This document shows positions 1 to 8,579 of a stretch of 64,000 bases of DNA, in pieces. The DNA lies in contig CAZYIS010000001.1 in NCBI GenBank assembly GCA_964647695.1, positions 48,275-112,274 of the forward strand. Direction: 5' to 3'. The notes beneath the pieces were generated by a model. It made no database searches, was not told where the DNA came from, and worked only from the letters and a program-made list of their open reading frames with translations. Origin of the DNA: Candidatus Woesearchaeota archaeon. Its GTDB lineage: Archaea > Nanobdellota > Nanobdellia > Pacearchaeales > GW2011-AR1. The stretch's first letter is position 1. Every line of letters begins with the position of its first letter. Made by a program: the position numbers and the translations under genes.

Positions 1-3000
1 AGCCAAATCCAATGCGGGCTGCATATATTTCAATATGCTTCCATGGGAGATGGTAAATATTATTCTTCCACCACATTTCAAACATTTTCCAACCAAAGGA
101 GGCCTTCGATACTTTTCATTACATCCTATACATCTAAAGCCCTGCTGTGAAAACTTTCTCAGATTACCCCTAGTATCTCTTATGAAATGTCTTTCTATTA
201 CCAATCTAGATACGTCCGTTACATCCACGGCCCTTATTTTACTACAAAGCTGCATCATGGAATCTACTTTCTCCTGCATTGTAGGCAATAGCTTATAACT
301 AGAACATAAAGGCCCAAGATTCAAATCCGAAGTATCGTAGGCGAAGCCCAAATCAATGAATTCTCTTTCTCCTCCAAGCCTCTGTCTAACCTGCTCCAAT
401 TTAATTTCCGAAGGCATGGCGTGTCTTTCCCCTGCTTCAAATAATTCCAAAGGCATTTTATTAGAAACATCCACATCGAAGATCATATCATCCACTTCGT
501 TAGCCCTAATGTGCATATTCAAAACCAGTGGAGCGTCCTGAGTACCTCCTCTGTGGGATGGAATGAACTTTCTTGAGAAATTAATTAATAAATCCATAAG
601 CAACATAACTGCTGCTTCATCCCCATCACAATCTCTTCTCATGGCTGCATGAATATATGGGCTAGCCAACAGCGCCTGTATTTTTGAAAATCCAATTATT
701 CTTCCCACCACCGCCGATGAAGTATGGGGGGCCATACAAGCCAAATAAGCCCCAATCAAATCTTCCTTCTTATTTGCATTGAAATATTTTTCAACTTTGT
801 ATATCTTTTCCAACTCCTCATCTACAAAATGAGCCACATTAAGAAAAACATCATCTGCCTTTTCATCCGGAGAAATAGGACAAGCCGGAAGAATTATGTC
901 ATGGGGGAACAATTCAACCAACTGATTATCATTTTCCAAAATATTTCCCTTAACGTCCTTATCATACCCTAATTTTTTAGCTTTTTCTATACTAATGCCT
1001 ATTTCTCTAGGTCTAAAATGAGTTATAGGCATTTCAGTCATATCATATCTTATAGTTCCATCCTTATTTACATTTAAATTATGTTTTGCTCTTAAAATTC
1101 CCTTAGAAAGTAACTCACAACTATGTTCCTTATTACTTGTCCCCTTTACTCCTTTAATTACATAACCTATATCTTCATTTCTTAATCCGACGGATTTTCT
1201 AGCGTGTTCGAAATATTTAGCAATATCTATTTTTTTAGAACTATACTCCTGACCCATTTCATGTTGAGTGCACTTTTCATTTAAACTGTCATTGCACTCT
1301 CTACAATAAAATTGTTTTACACAATAATTCCCACATTTTTCACATTTAGGATAAACCGTTTCTTCCTTACAATTATTACAATAAAAATTAGTAAAGTCTG
1401 CTTTGACACTTCCCGCTTCAAGAGCAGATTGAAAACTCTTTAATCGGCCGCCTTCTTCTCCCACTGGAAATAGTACGTGAGGACTACCCGTAAGCTTTCT
1501 AAGCTTTGCTTTTTCCGGTCGCCCCATTCTAGCACCAATCATAGTTCCAAGTTTATCCCTTATTCTAACACTTGAAAGAGAATTAATTACTTCCAACACT
1601 TCTTTCTCAGAAATTTTTGCACTCAAAATATTCATTTCATCTTCCAAGATAATATTTCTTTTCTCAGTTATGTCTAATCCTAAATTAAATAACAAAGCAA
1701 AACTATCTTTTTCATTTAATATCACATTCTCTGTTGAAACCAGATGTTCACAACCGATTATTTCCAATGCACGTTTGCCCTTAACGAATCTTTCTGCATC
1801 GATTCTAGAGTAAGGTAATAATAGATGAGAATTATCCAGTTTTCCATGGGCAATCCAATCAACTAAAGCTAAAAATGAATCATATTTTATTTGAGTCCAG
1901 AAATAAATATAATTTGGATGAAGTGAAATTTTATATTTTAAAGACAGCTCTTTGGCTTTTTCAAAATCCACCATCAGCTCCGAATCGCCACCTTCTTTTC
2001 TTAATTCTTCTAACCAAAACTGCTCTATATATCCTTGTTTCTCCAAAGGATGATTTCTATTGGCAAAATCTCCAAATGGAACCAATATATCTCCCAAATA
2101 TAAAATTTCAGTCACATTATGATATATCTTTATGGCCGTATCATAATCTGCTATTCTTTTAACACTTCCATCCACCAATTTAACTATTGGTCCATCAAGA
2201 CTATCGCATGAAGCAACAGTGCATCCCTTAGTAGGCTTTTCTATTTTTAATTGAGTACCTATAGCAATAAAATCATTAGTAATACCCATGGTAGCTGGAC
2301 TTATGGCTAAAGTCGAATATCCGGTTGTTCTAGCTCGCCCATATCTTAATCTGAATGCACCCGAAGCTGATGGATGAGCAAATACAGGTCTTCCAGCAAC
2401 CAGATCCTGCATATAGGTTGCTCCTCCTCTAGTTCCTCCAGCTGCTTTTCCTTCTTTTATTTTCTTTTGTAGTTTAACAAACTCTTCAAGAAAAGTCCAA
2501 TCCGTTAATTTGAATCCTTTTTGTTTTAATTTTGTAACTCTTCCAAATATTTTAGGTGCTTTTTGTGCAATTCCTTCACCCATAACCAAACAAAATCCAG
2601 ATCTTATAAAATTAGTTTCGATTCTTGGAAGATCCTTATAATTATACACTTCCTTATCTTCGCTAGGGTCCCCTGTTAATTGAATAGGTATATTTCTCAT
2701 TAAGAATTCTATTTCCTGTTCCGAAGGAAGATACTGCAAATTTGTAACTCTTTCATGATACGCATAACATTCCTGAATACCTCTCTTAACTTCATCCTCA
2801 GTGGGATCATATTTTGCATAACCAAATACTTCTCTCAAATAATCCACCACCACTAATGAAAATCCTGCTTCTGTTCCTCCAGCCGATCTTATCGGTCCAG
2901 AAAAATAAGGTGCAAGAAAGTCTTTTCCATCCTTTGTTTTCTTTACTTTTAGTTGTATAAAACCCTCCAAAGGAGAAGAGACATAACCTAGAGTCATATA

Positions 3001-3339
3001 ACCTATAGCTACTCTTATTCCTGCCTCCATTGCTTCCAGATGACTAGTAAACTTACAAAACTTTTCCTTTGCAACTTCTTCTGCAATGGTTAAAGCCACG
3101 GCCGGATCCAATGAACCAAATTGCTTTTCCAATTCTAAAATTCTTTCAACAATTTTAGTATTCGAAACCTGAGGATATAACACCGAAATCAGACCCACGA
3201 CTCTTTCAGCCAGGGAGTTTGCCAAAGGAACTTCAACTTCTCTAGCCGGATCTAATCCTTTTTCCCTAGCACCATTTGCAATTAAATAATTTCTTTTAAC
3301 TTCTTTTTCTATTTCCTTAAAATATTCCTTGATGTTCAT
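1..3339 (-). CDS. polC: DNA polymerase D large subunit DP2 (runs off the left edge)
   Basis: Not in the ORF track because it is open-ended. Manual translation from ATG 3339 gives MNIKEYFKEIEKEVKRNYLIANGAREKGLDPAREVEVPLANSLAERVVGLIS. Later DP2 motifs include YFSGPIRSAGGT, RMGRPEKAKLRK and HAAMRRDCDGDEAAVMLLMD. Its start overlaps the DP1 stop (ATGA). Confidence 0.97.
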   Translation of the reverse strand, partial: MNIKEYFKEIEKEVKRNYLIANGAREKGLDPAREVEVPLANSLAERVVGLISVLYPQVSNTKIVERILELEKQFGSLDPAVALTIAEEVAKEKFCKFTSHLEAMEAGIRVAIGYMTLGYVSSPLEGFIQLKVKKTKDGKDFLAPYFSGPIRSAGGTEAGFSLVVVDYLREVFGYAKYDPTEDEVKRGIQECYAYHERVTNLQYLPSEQEIEFLMRNIPIQLTGDPSEDKEVYNYKDLPRIETNFIRSGFCLVMGEGIAQKAPKIFGRVTKLKQKGFKLTDWTFLEEFVKLQKKIKEGKAAGGTRGGATYMQDLVAGRPVFAHPSASGAFRLRYGRARTTGYSTLAISPATMGITNDFIAIGTQLKIEKPTKGCTVASCDSLDGPIVKLVDGSVKRIADYDTAIKIYHNVTEILYLGDILVPFGDFANRNHPLEKQGYIEQFWLEELRKEGGDSELMVDFEKAKELSLKYKISLHPNYIYFWTQIKYDSFLALVDWIAHGKLDNSHLLLPYSRIDAERFVKGKRALEIIGCEHLVSTENVILNEKDSFALLFNLGLDITEKRNIILEDEMNILSAKISEKEVLEVINSLSSVRIRDKLGTMIGARMGRPEKAKLRKLTGSPHVLFPVGEEGGRLKSFQSALEAGSVKADFTNFYCNNCKEETVYPKCEKCGNYCVKQFYCRECNDSLNEKCTQHEMGQEYSSKKIDIAKYFEHARKSVGLRNEDIGYVIKGVKGTSNKEHSCELLSKGILRAKHNLNVNKDGTIRYDMTEMPITHFRPREIGISIEKAKKLGYDKDVKGNILENDNQLVELFPHDIILPACPISPDEKADDVFLNVAHFVDEELEKIYKVEKYFNANKKEDLIGAYLACMAPHTSSAVVGRIIGFSKIQALLASPYIHAAMRRDCDGDEAAVMLLMDLLINFSRKFIPSHRGGTQDAPLVLNMHIRANEVDDMIFDVDVSNKMPLELFEAGERHAMPSEIKLEQVRQRLGGEREFIDLGFAYDTSDLNLGPLCSSYKLLPTMQEKVDSMMQLCSKIRAVDVTDVSRLVIERHFIRDTRGNLRKFSQQGFRCIGCNEKYRRPPLVGKCLKCGGRIIFTISHGSILKYMQPALDLA

Positions 3340-4937
3340 TTTATATGTAACTCCCTTAGTTCTTCTTCATTTCCAAAATCAAGAATCTTTAGTTCGCGAG
3401 TTTTTAGATTTAAAACAGGAACTTTGCACGGCTCCGGAACATTTCCTACCTTTTCTTCGAAAGGTGTTTGTCCCTGCCAACAACTTCCAGTCATAATCAA
3501 TACACCATTATAATTTTCCACATCGATTCTGTGAACTTCCCCAGTACAAACCACATCCGGAACTTCACTAATCACAAGATTATCTTTTTCGGCATTTGGA
3601 ATATATATTGCTTCAGAGTGTAATGGAAATAGATGTCTTCTCTTCAGCATGTGCCTTACTGCCTTTGCCGGGCTAAGTTTTTGACTTCTCAATTCAGGAA
3701 TCTCATGAATAAATGTGTGTATGCTGTCTCCATGATACATTAATATTTTGAATTCCTTTTCATTTTCCAACAATTTTATCAAAGAAGGATTACTTACCAG
3801 AATTAAATTTTCTATATCATATAATGGTGCCGCATATCTTCTCCCAATTATGGGTTGAGGTTCGGCCACCCTTACCGCATCGTGCTGACCTGGACACATA
3901 AACATAGTAATATGTTTAGGTATTTGTTTAAGATAGGATGCTAGAAGAGCATACTGTTCCTCCATACTCTTTAATTTTAACAAATTTTCTTGACCTGGGA
4001 AAATACCTACTCCATCCACATTATCCCCTGAAATCATAATATATTTTATTTTCCTAGCAGTTTCATCGTTACTATTTATCCATTCCAAGAAGTTTTCAAA
4101 GCTCTTTTGCAAATGCTTGGCTCCACCAGCGTGAATATCCGAAAGAAAAGCCACATTAACTTCATTCTCAAATCTTACTTTTTCTCCATTGAAAGCATCT
4201 GGAAAAAATATATCATTAACAAATAGCATGTCCCTGCTTCCCGAAGCTCTGACTGCCACAATGTCATCCAATAAGAGCTCTTCCGCCTTTTTAAAAACTT
4301 CAACCTTATCGAATTTAATAAGAGTACTTATCTTTCCAGTTAAATCCTCAAAAGTAATTATTAAATTTTTATTTTTAGTTACTCTCTTTTCGCTAACAAT
4401 CCCTATGATAGTATAATTATTTCTATCGCTCCCTATCTTATTAATAGATACTAGATTCTGTAGGTCCGGTCTATTCATTAAAATCTTTTGTAGCTGATGA
4501 TATCTTGCTCTAAAATTACCTACAAAATCAGCCACCTCTAGTTTTTTATCATTTCTAGTTGTTGAATAAAATATTTTAAAGTCATTTCTAAGATTTTCCA
4601 AATTTTTTCTAGAAATATCCTTCAGCTTATCAAAATTCTCCTTTTTTTCAACTATTGCAGTTTCCTTAGTTATTTCTAAACTTAATCCTAATTTTATTAT
4701 TACATTTTCTACTTCAGTTTTAGATTCTCCATTCAAATTACTCACAAAATTCTTAACAAATCCAAAATTTTTGTTTAACACAGCACGATTTATTATTTTT
4801 TGACCTGAAAATCTTTCCAATCCTTCCAATAATTCTTTTGCATCCCTTGGATGTTGAAAGCTGTTCAATAAATCAAATATTTCTCTCTCTAATAACAATC
4901 CTTTCTCTCTTATTACATTCATTACTTCTTCTTTCAT
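3336..4937 (-). CDS. polB: DNA polymerase D small subunit DP1 (OB fold plus calcineurin-like exonuclease)
   Basis: OB motif FEDLTGKI and phosphoesterase motifs SDIH, GDNVDG, PGQHD, YHG and RRHL; C-terminal SCWQGQTPFE; lies between cdc6 and DP2. Confidence 0.96.
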   Translation of the reverse strand: MKEEVMNVIREKGLLLEREIFDLLNSFQHPRDAKELLEGLERFSGQKIINRAVLNKNFGFVKNFVSNLNGESKTEVENVIIKLGLSLEITKETAIVEKKENFDKLKDISRKNLENLRNDFKIFYSTTRNDKKLEVADFVGNFRARYHQLQKILMNRPDLQNLVSINKIGSDRNNYTIIGIVSEKRVTKNKNLIITFEDLTGKISTLIKFDKVEVFKKAEELLLDDIVAVRASGSRDMLFVNDIFFPDAFNGEKVRFENEVNVAFLSDIHAGGAKHLQKSFENFLEWINSNDETARKIKYIMISGDNVDGVGIFPGQENLLKLKSMEEQYALLASYLKQIPKHITMFMCPGQHDAVRVAEPQPIIGRRYAAPLYDIENLILVSNPSLIKLLENEKEFKILMYHGDSIHTFIHEIPELRSQKLSPAKAVRHMLKRRHLFPLHSEAIYIPNAEKDNLVISEVPDVVCTGEVHRIDVENYNGVLIMTGSCWQGQTPFEEKVGNVPEPCKVPVLNLKTRELKILDFGNEEELRELHIK

Positions 4938-4948
4938 TTTAGTTCCTA

Positions 4949-6157
4949 TTAAGAGTAAAGGGATTTTTCTAATATTTCTTTTGCTTTTTGTTTTATATTA
5001 GGTGCAAGCATGAGTTTTATTTCTCTCATCCTTCCATGCCTTCCTTTACTAATAACGTGAGTGTTAATCAAACCCAACATGTCAAATTCAGCCAAAATGT
5101 CTGAAACTCTTCTTTGGGTAAGTATTTCATTTTTAGTTTTTTCGCAAACTTCCTGATAATTATTATATACCTCTCCAGTAAATATATCACTATTGTTTTT
5201 TTGATCTGCTAAATTCATAATAGCATACAGAACCAATTGAAATTGTCTGGGTTCGCTTTCGATTATATCTAACATTTTATCTTTCTCTATTTTACTATTA
5301 GCCACGTCTATATGTAATAGAGTTATTTTCTTACTACTTTCTCTTTCAGCCAATTCTCCTGCAACCCTAAGTAAATCCAGCGCCCTTCTAGCATCTCCAT
5401 GCTCCCTAGCGGCATAGGCAGCACATTTAGCAATAACTCCTTCTTCCAGGATTGCATCTTTAAACGCACTATCTGCCCTTGCCTTTAATATATCTTGTAA
5501 TTGTAGGGCATTGTAGGGGGGAAATACTAGTTCTTCTTCTCCCAATGAACTCTTTACCCTAGGATCCAAATCATCCATAAACGTTAAACTATTACTTATA
5601 CCAATAATACTAATTTGAGCATTTTTTAATTCCGTATTTAATCTAGTAAGTGAATAAATGAATGTATCGGATATTTTTTTTACTGCTTGATCTATTTCAT
5701 CCAAAACCAAAATAACCATCTGTTTCTTATTATCAATTAATTCTACAAACCTCTTGTACACCTGATCCGTAGGCAATCCTGTAGAAGGCACATCTCCACC
5801 CAATTCACTTATAATTTCTGCCAACATTCTATATTCCGTATCTGCTACTTTCTTTAATTTACAATTAACATAAACAAACTTTAGACTATCTTCATCCGTT
5901 TTCTTCAAACGAGAAGTCATTTTACTAGCTACATGTTTAATAGATAGAGTTTTACCAGTTCCAGTTTTACCATAAACAAATAAGTTACTTACCTTTTCTC
6001 CTCTAAGAGCTGGAGCAAGTATGGATGCTATTAACTCAATCTGTTCATCTCTATGACCTATACTATCCGGATCATAATTTGATTGAAGCACAGTTTTATT
6101 TTTAAATAAATTATTATTTTCAAAAGAATCAAATATTGCATCTAATTTATCACTCAT
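4949..6157 (-). CDS. cdc6: Orc1/Cdc6 replication initiator
   Basis: Walker A GKTGTGKT, Walker B LVLDEID, sensor GDARRALDLLR, and C-terminal wHTH (SKGRHGRMREI). SD-like AAAGAGGT upstream. Confidence 0.97.
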   Translation of the reverse strand: MSDKLDAIFDSFENNNLFKNKTVLQSNYDPDSIGHRDEQIELIASILAPALRGEKVSNLFVYGKTGTGKTLSIKHVASKMTSRLKKTDEDSLKFVYVNCKLKKVADTEYRMLAEIISELGGDVPSTGLPTDQVYKRFVELIDNKKQMVILVLDEIDQAVKKISDTFIYSLTRLNTELKNAQISIIGISNSLTFMDDLDPRVKSSLGEEELVFPPYNALQLQDILKARADSAFKDAILEEGVIAKCAAYAAREHGDARRALDLLRVAGELAERESSKKITLLHIDVANSKIEKDKMLDIIESEPRQFQLVLYAIMNLADQKNNSDIFTGEVYNNYQEVCEKTKNEILTQRRVSDILAEFDMLGLINTHVISKGRHGRMREIKLMLAPNIKQKAKEILEKSLYS

Positions 6158-6220
6158 TTTTACCTCTTTAATAAAAATTAGAACACTATCCTTATTATAA
6201 ACTTATCTATCCTCTAAGCA

Positions 6221-6580
6221 TTGTTTCCTATGGAATAAAAAATAAGATTTTTGTATAATTTTTAAAAAAATCGAAAATACGACGATAATATGTTATTTTA
6301 CTAAAAATTATAGCTTTAATTTAAAAAAATAAATTCAAAAAATAGATTGAAACACCCACACCCTCACTTCCGTTGGAAAAATAATTTAAAAAATATTTTA
6401 CGTGTAAACTGTTAATTAATAAGAACTTTAATATCTATTCTGTAATATATATAATATAATATATAATATATAATATATATATTTATAAATAAAAAATAGA
6501 AAAAGAAAAAGTTAAAAAAATCATTTATAAATTTATTCATATATTTCCAATAGAAATCATAGGGTGGGAGGGTAGGTCAT
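6221..6580. other. Replication origin oriC: two inverted ORB elements with G-strings flanking an AT-rich DUE, plus a mini-ORB
   Basis: Minus strand about 6354-6378 reads TTCCAACGGAAGTGAGGGTGTGGG. Plus strand 6545-6576 reads TTCCAATAGAAATCATAGGGTGGGAGGGTAGG. Mini-ORB TTTCCTATGGAA at about 6224. Pure A/T tandem (TATATAA)n at about 6443-6490. Directly upstream of cdc6. Confidence 0.88.
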
Positions 6581-6752
6581 TTTTTACTTTTTTCTATTAA
6601 TTTCATTCCTATTTCAATCTTTAATAATTCATTTTTAATTTTAAAAAAGTGCATTTCTAACTTTTTATCGTCTTTTTCTCTTGTTTCAGATACTAAAATA
6701 TATCTTAATGGATTATGGAAAAGTTTAAATATCATATCTTATACAATCAATT

Positions 6753-7013
6753 ATGACTTTAGACAAAAAACCACTAAAAGAGATCGTTGGAAAATTAGTT
6801 GTTACAAAAGAGGGTAAAAGATTAGGTATAGTTAAAGATATTACTTTTGAAACCAGAACTGGAGAATTAATTCAACTGGTAATAAAAGATCCTACACCTT
6901 ACACTAGAAATTTAAATTTAGAAGTTTCTTCTTCCAAGGACATATTAGTTCCTTATAATACAATAATTGCCATTGGTGATTTTGTAGTTATTTCAGAAGA
7001 AGACTTAGCTTAA
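6753..7013 (+). CDS. PRC-barrel domain protein
   Basis: GKLVVTKEGKRLGIVKDITFETRTGEL...VPYNTIIAIGDFVVI is a PRC-barrel signature; BRE/TATA GAAAAGTTTAAATA lies about 25 nt upstream. Confidence 0.9.
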   Translation: MTLDKKPLKEIVGKLVVTKEGKRLGIVKDITFETRTGELIQLVIKDPTPYTRNLNLEVSSSKDILVPYNTIIAIGDFVVISEEDLA

Positions 7014-7026
7014 TCCTTCTTTCAAC

Positions 7027-7455
7027 ATGAATATTCTTGGTTTTAATTTTACTAAAATTTCAGCAGAAAAATCTGTCAAATTAGAAAACGTTCAAATCAA
7101 AACCAACATTAGTTTTGAAGATCCTAAAAAAGAAGATACTAAATTACTAAAAGATCAAGAGATAGTTAAATTTCCTTTTTCCTATGAAATAAAATATGAT
7201 TCTGAAGATCCTAAAACCAAGAAAGTTGAAACCAAAGCAGTTATTTCATTCAAAGGTTTAATTCTTCTATCCGGAACTAAAGAAGAAACCAAAGATCTAA
7301 TCAAAAATTGGAACTCAAAAGAATCCAATTCAGATCAAAAAGTAGGAATCATAAATACCATAATTCATAAATCTACTATTAAAGCATTAGCATTAGAAGA
7401 AGAACTTGATCTTCCATCCCACGTCAACCTACCAACCATTAAATTATCCAAATAA
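7027..7455 (+). CDS. Conserved archaeal hypothetical protein
   Basis: N-terminal MNILGFNFTKISAEK and C-terminal ELDLPSHVNLP pattern of an uncharacterised archaeal family; adjacent to and in the same direction as the PRC-barrel gene. Confidence 0.75.
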   Translation: MNILGFNFTKISAEKSVKLENVQIKTNISFEDPKKEDTKLLKDQEIVKFPFSYEIKYDSEDPKTKKVETKAVISFKGLILLSGTKEETKDLIKNWNSKESNSDQKVGIINTIIHKSTIKALALEEELDLPSHVNLPTIKLSK

Positions 7456-8163
7456 TTAGTTTAATTTTTTTAATTTACCAAATTCCAGCACTTTTAGGTT
7501 CTCACCAATAATTTTAACTTCAAATTCGTTTAATTTAAAATTCCAAGGCATTTCATTTTTCATATTTCTCACATCAATTCCTTCCTTTAGACCTGAAAAA
7601 CTAGGTAAAATTATAATTTTCTTGTCTTTCCATCGTCCTTCTAAAAAACATTTATATTTCTCGCTCTTGACTCCTTCCGTCAGAACTATTGCTGGATGCA
7701 GATGACCCATTATCCAATATTTAATCTTTTTATCATTTATTTCAGAAAAATCCCTATCTCCATGTAAAAAAGCATACTTTTCATTAATATAATAATCTAA
7801 AAGTTCAATTTTTCTTTTGGAAGTAAAATTAATTAAAAAATTATCATGGTTTCCCTTAGTAATTATTATTCTATCACATTTTTTCTCCAAATAATCAAAG
7901 AAATTAATAAAATCATTCCTTTCTTCTTGATTCAACTCTGAAAACTTGTTCTTTAAATCACCCAAAAGCACAATTTTATCTACTTTTCCAGTTTTATCAA
8001 ATATTTCATTCAAATCATCTAATATTTGACCATAAACTTCTCCAGACAAGATACTTCCCAATGATTCTTCTCCCACTCCAAAGTGCAAATCCCCTACTAC
8101 TAATATTTTTTCTTTATTTTCTTCAATCAGCAAACATTTTCCCATATATTTTATATTATTCAT
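7456..8163 (-). CDS. Metallophosphoesterase (Lhr-associated MPE type)
   Basis: Motifs GDLHFG, LLGDL, KGNHD, LHGD, MGHLHPAI and LPSF. Confidence 0.9.
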   Translation of the reverse strand: MNNIKYMGKCLLIEENKEKILVVGDLHFGVGEESLGSILSGEVYGQILDDLNEIFDKTGKVDKIVLLGDLKNKFSELNQEERNDFINFFDYLEKKCDRIIITKGNHDNFLINFTSKRKIELLDYYINEKYAFLHGDRDFSEINDKKIKYWIMGHLHPAIVLTEGVKSEKYKCFLEGRWKDKKIIILPSFSGLKEGIDVRNMKNEMPWNFKLNEFEVKIIGENLKVLEFGKLKKLN

Positions 8164-8206
8164 TATTTTAATTCATAAAAAGGCTAATTAATACTTTCGT
8201 TGATAC

Positions 8207-8512
8207 TCAAGCAATAGCTTTAAATTCAACATCTCTTATTTCAGAAGTAGGAATAACTAACATTATCTCCAAGTTAGATACTGCGTGACCCTTAACTCCT
8301 TCTCCAGATCTTAAATTAACTCTATTTCCAAACATCAATGCTTCTCCTTCTTTTATTTTCTTTGCAATTTTAGTTGCAACATATGCTGGATGATGTTCCA
8401 AGGTATATTCATCTTTTCCACATTCATCTAACAAAGGGGTTGCAGTCAAGGTTATTTTTCTACTTTCAACAGATTTGTCTTTATAATTTATTATTAAATA
8501 GTTATTTACCAT
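8207..8512 (-). CDS. Hypothetical protein
   Basis: 101-aa ORF between lhr and MPE with an upstream TTTAAAA; no recognisable motif. Confidence 0.6.
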   Translation of the reverse strand: MVNNYLIINYKDKSVESRKITLTATPLLDECGKDEYTLEHHPAYVATKIAKKIKEGEALMFGNRVNLRSGEGVKGHAVSNLEIMLVIPTSEIRDVEFKAIA

Positions 8513-8579
8513 AAAATTATACTTTTTATCTAATTTTTAAACCTAATTACTCCTTTTTACCACCTATTCATAACTAATT

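Noticed and set aside
35..2162. Plus-strand ORFs at 35, 356, 724 and 1875
   Set aside because: They are antisense shadows of the DP2 gene. The same applies to most short ORFs opposite lhr, rad50, cca, the pilus genes and primase.
1..6157. Inteins in DP2, DP1 or Cdc6
   Set aside because: Lengths and motif spacing are normal, and no intein-like insertion is evident in the visible part.
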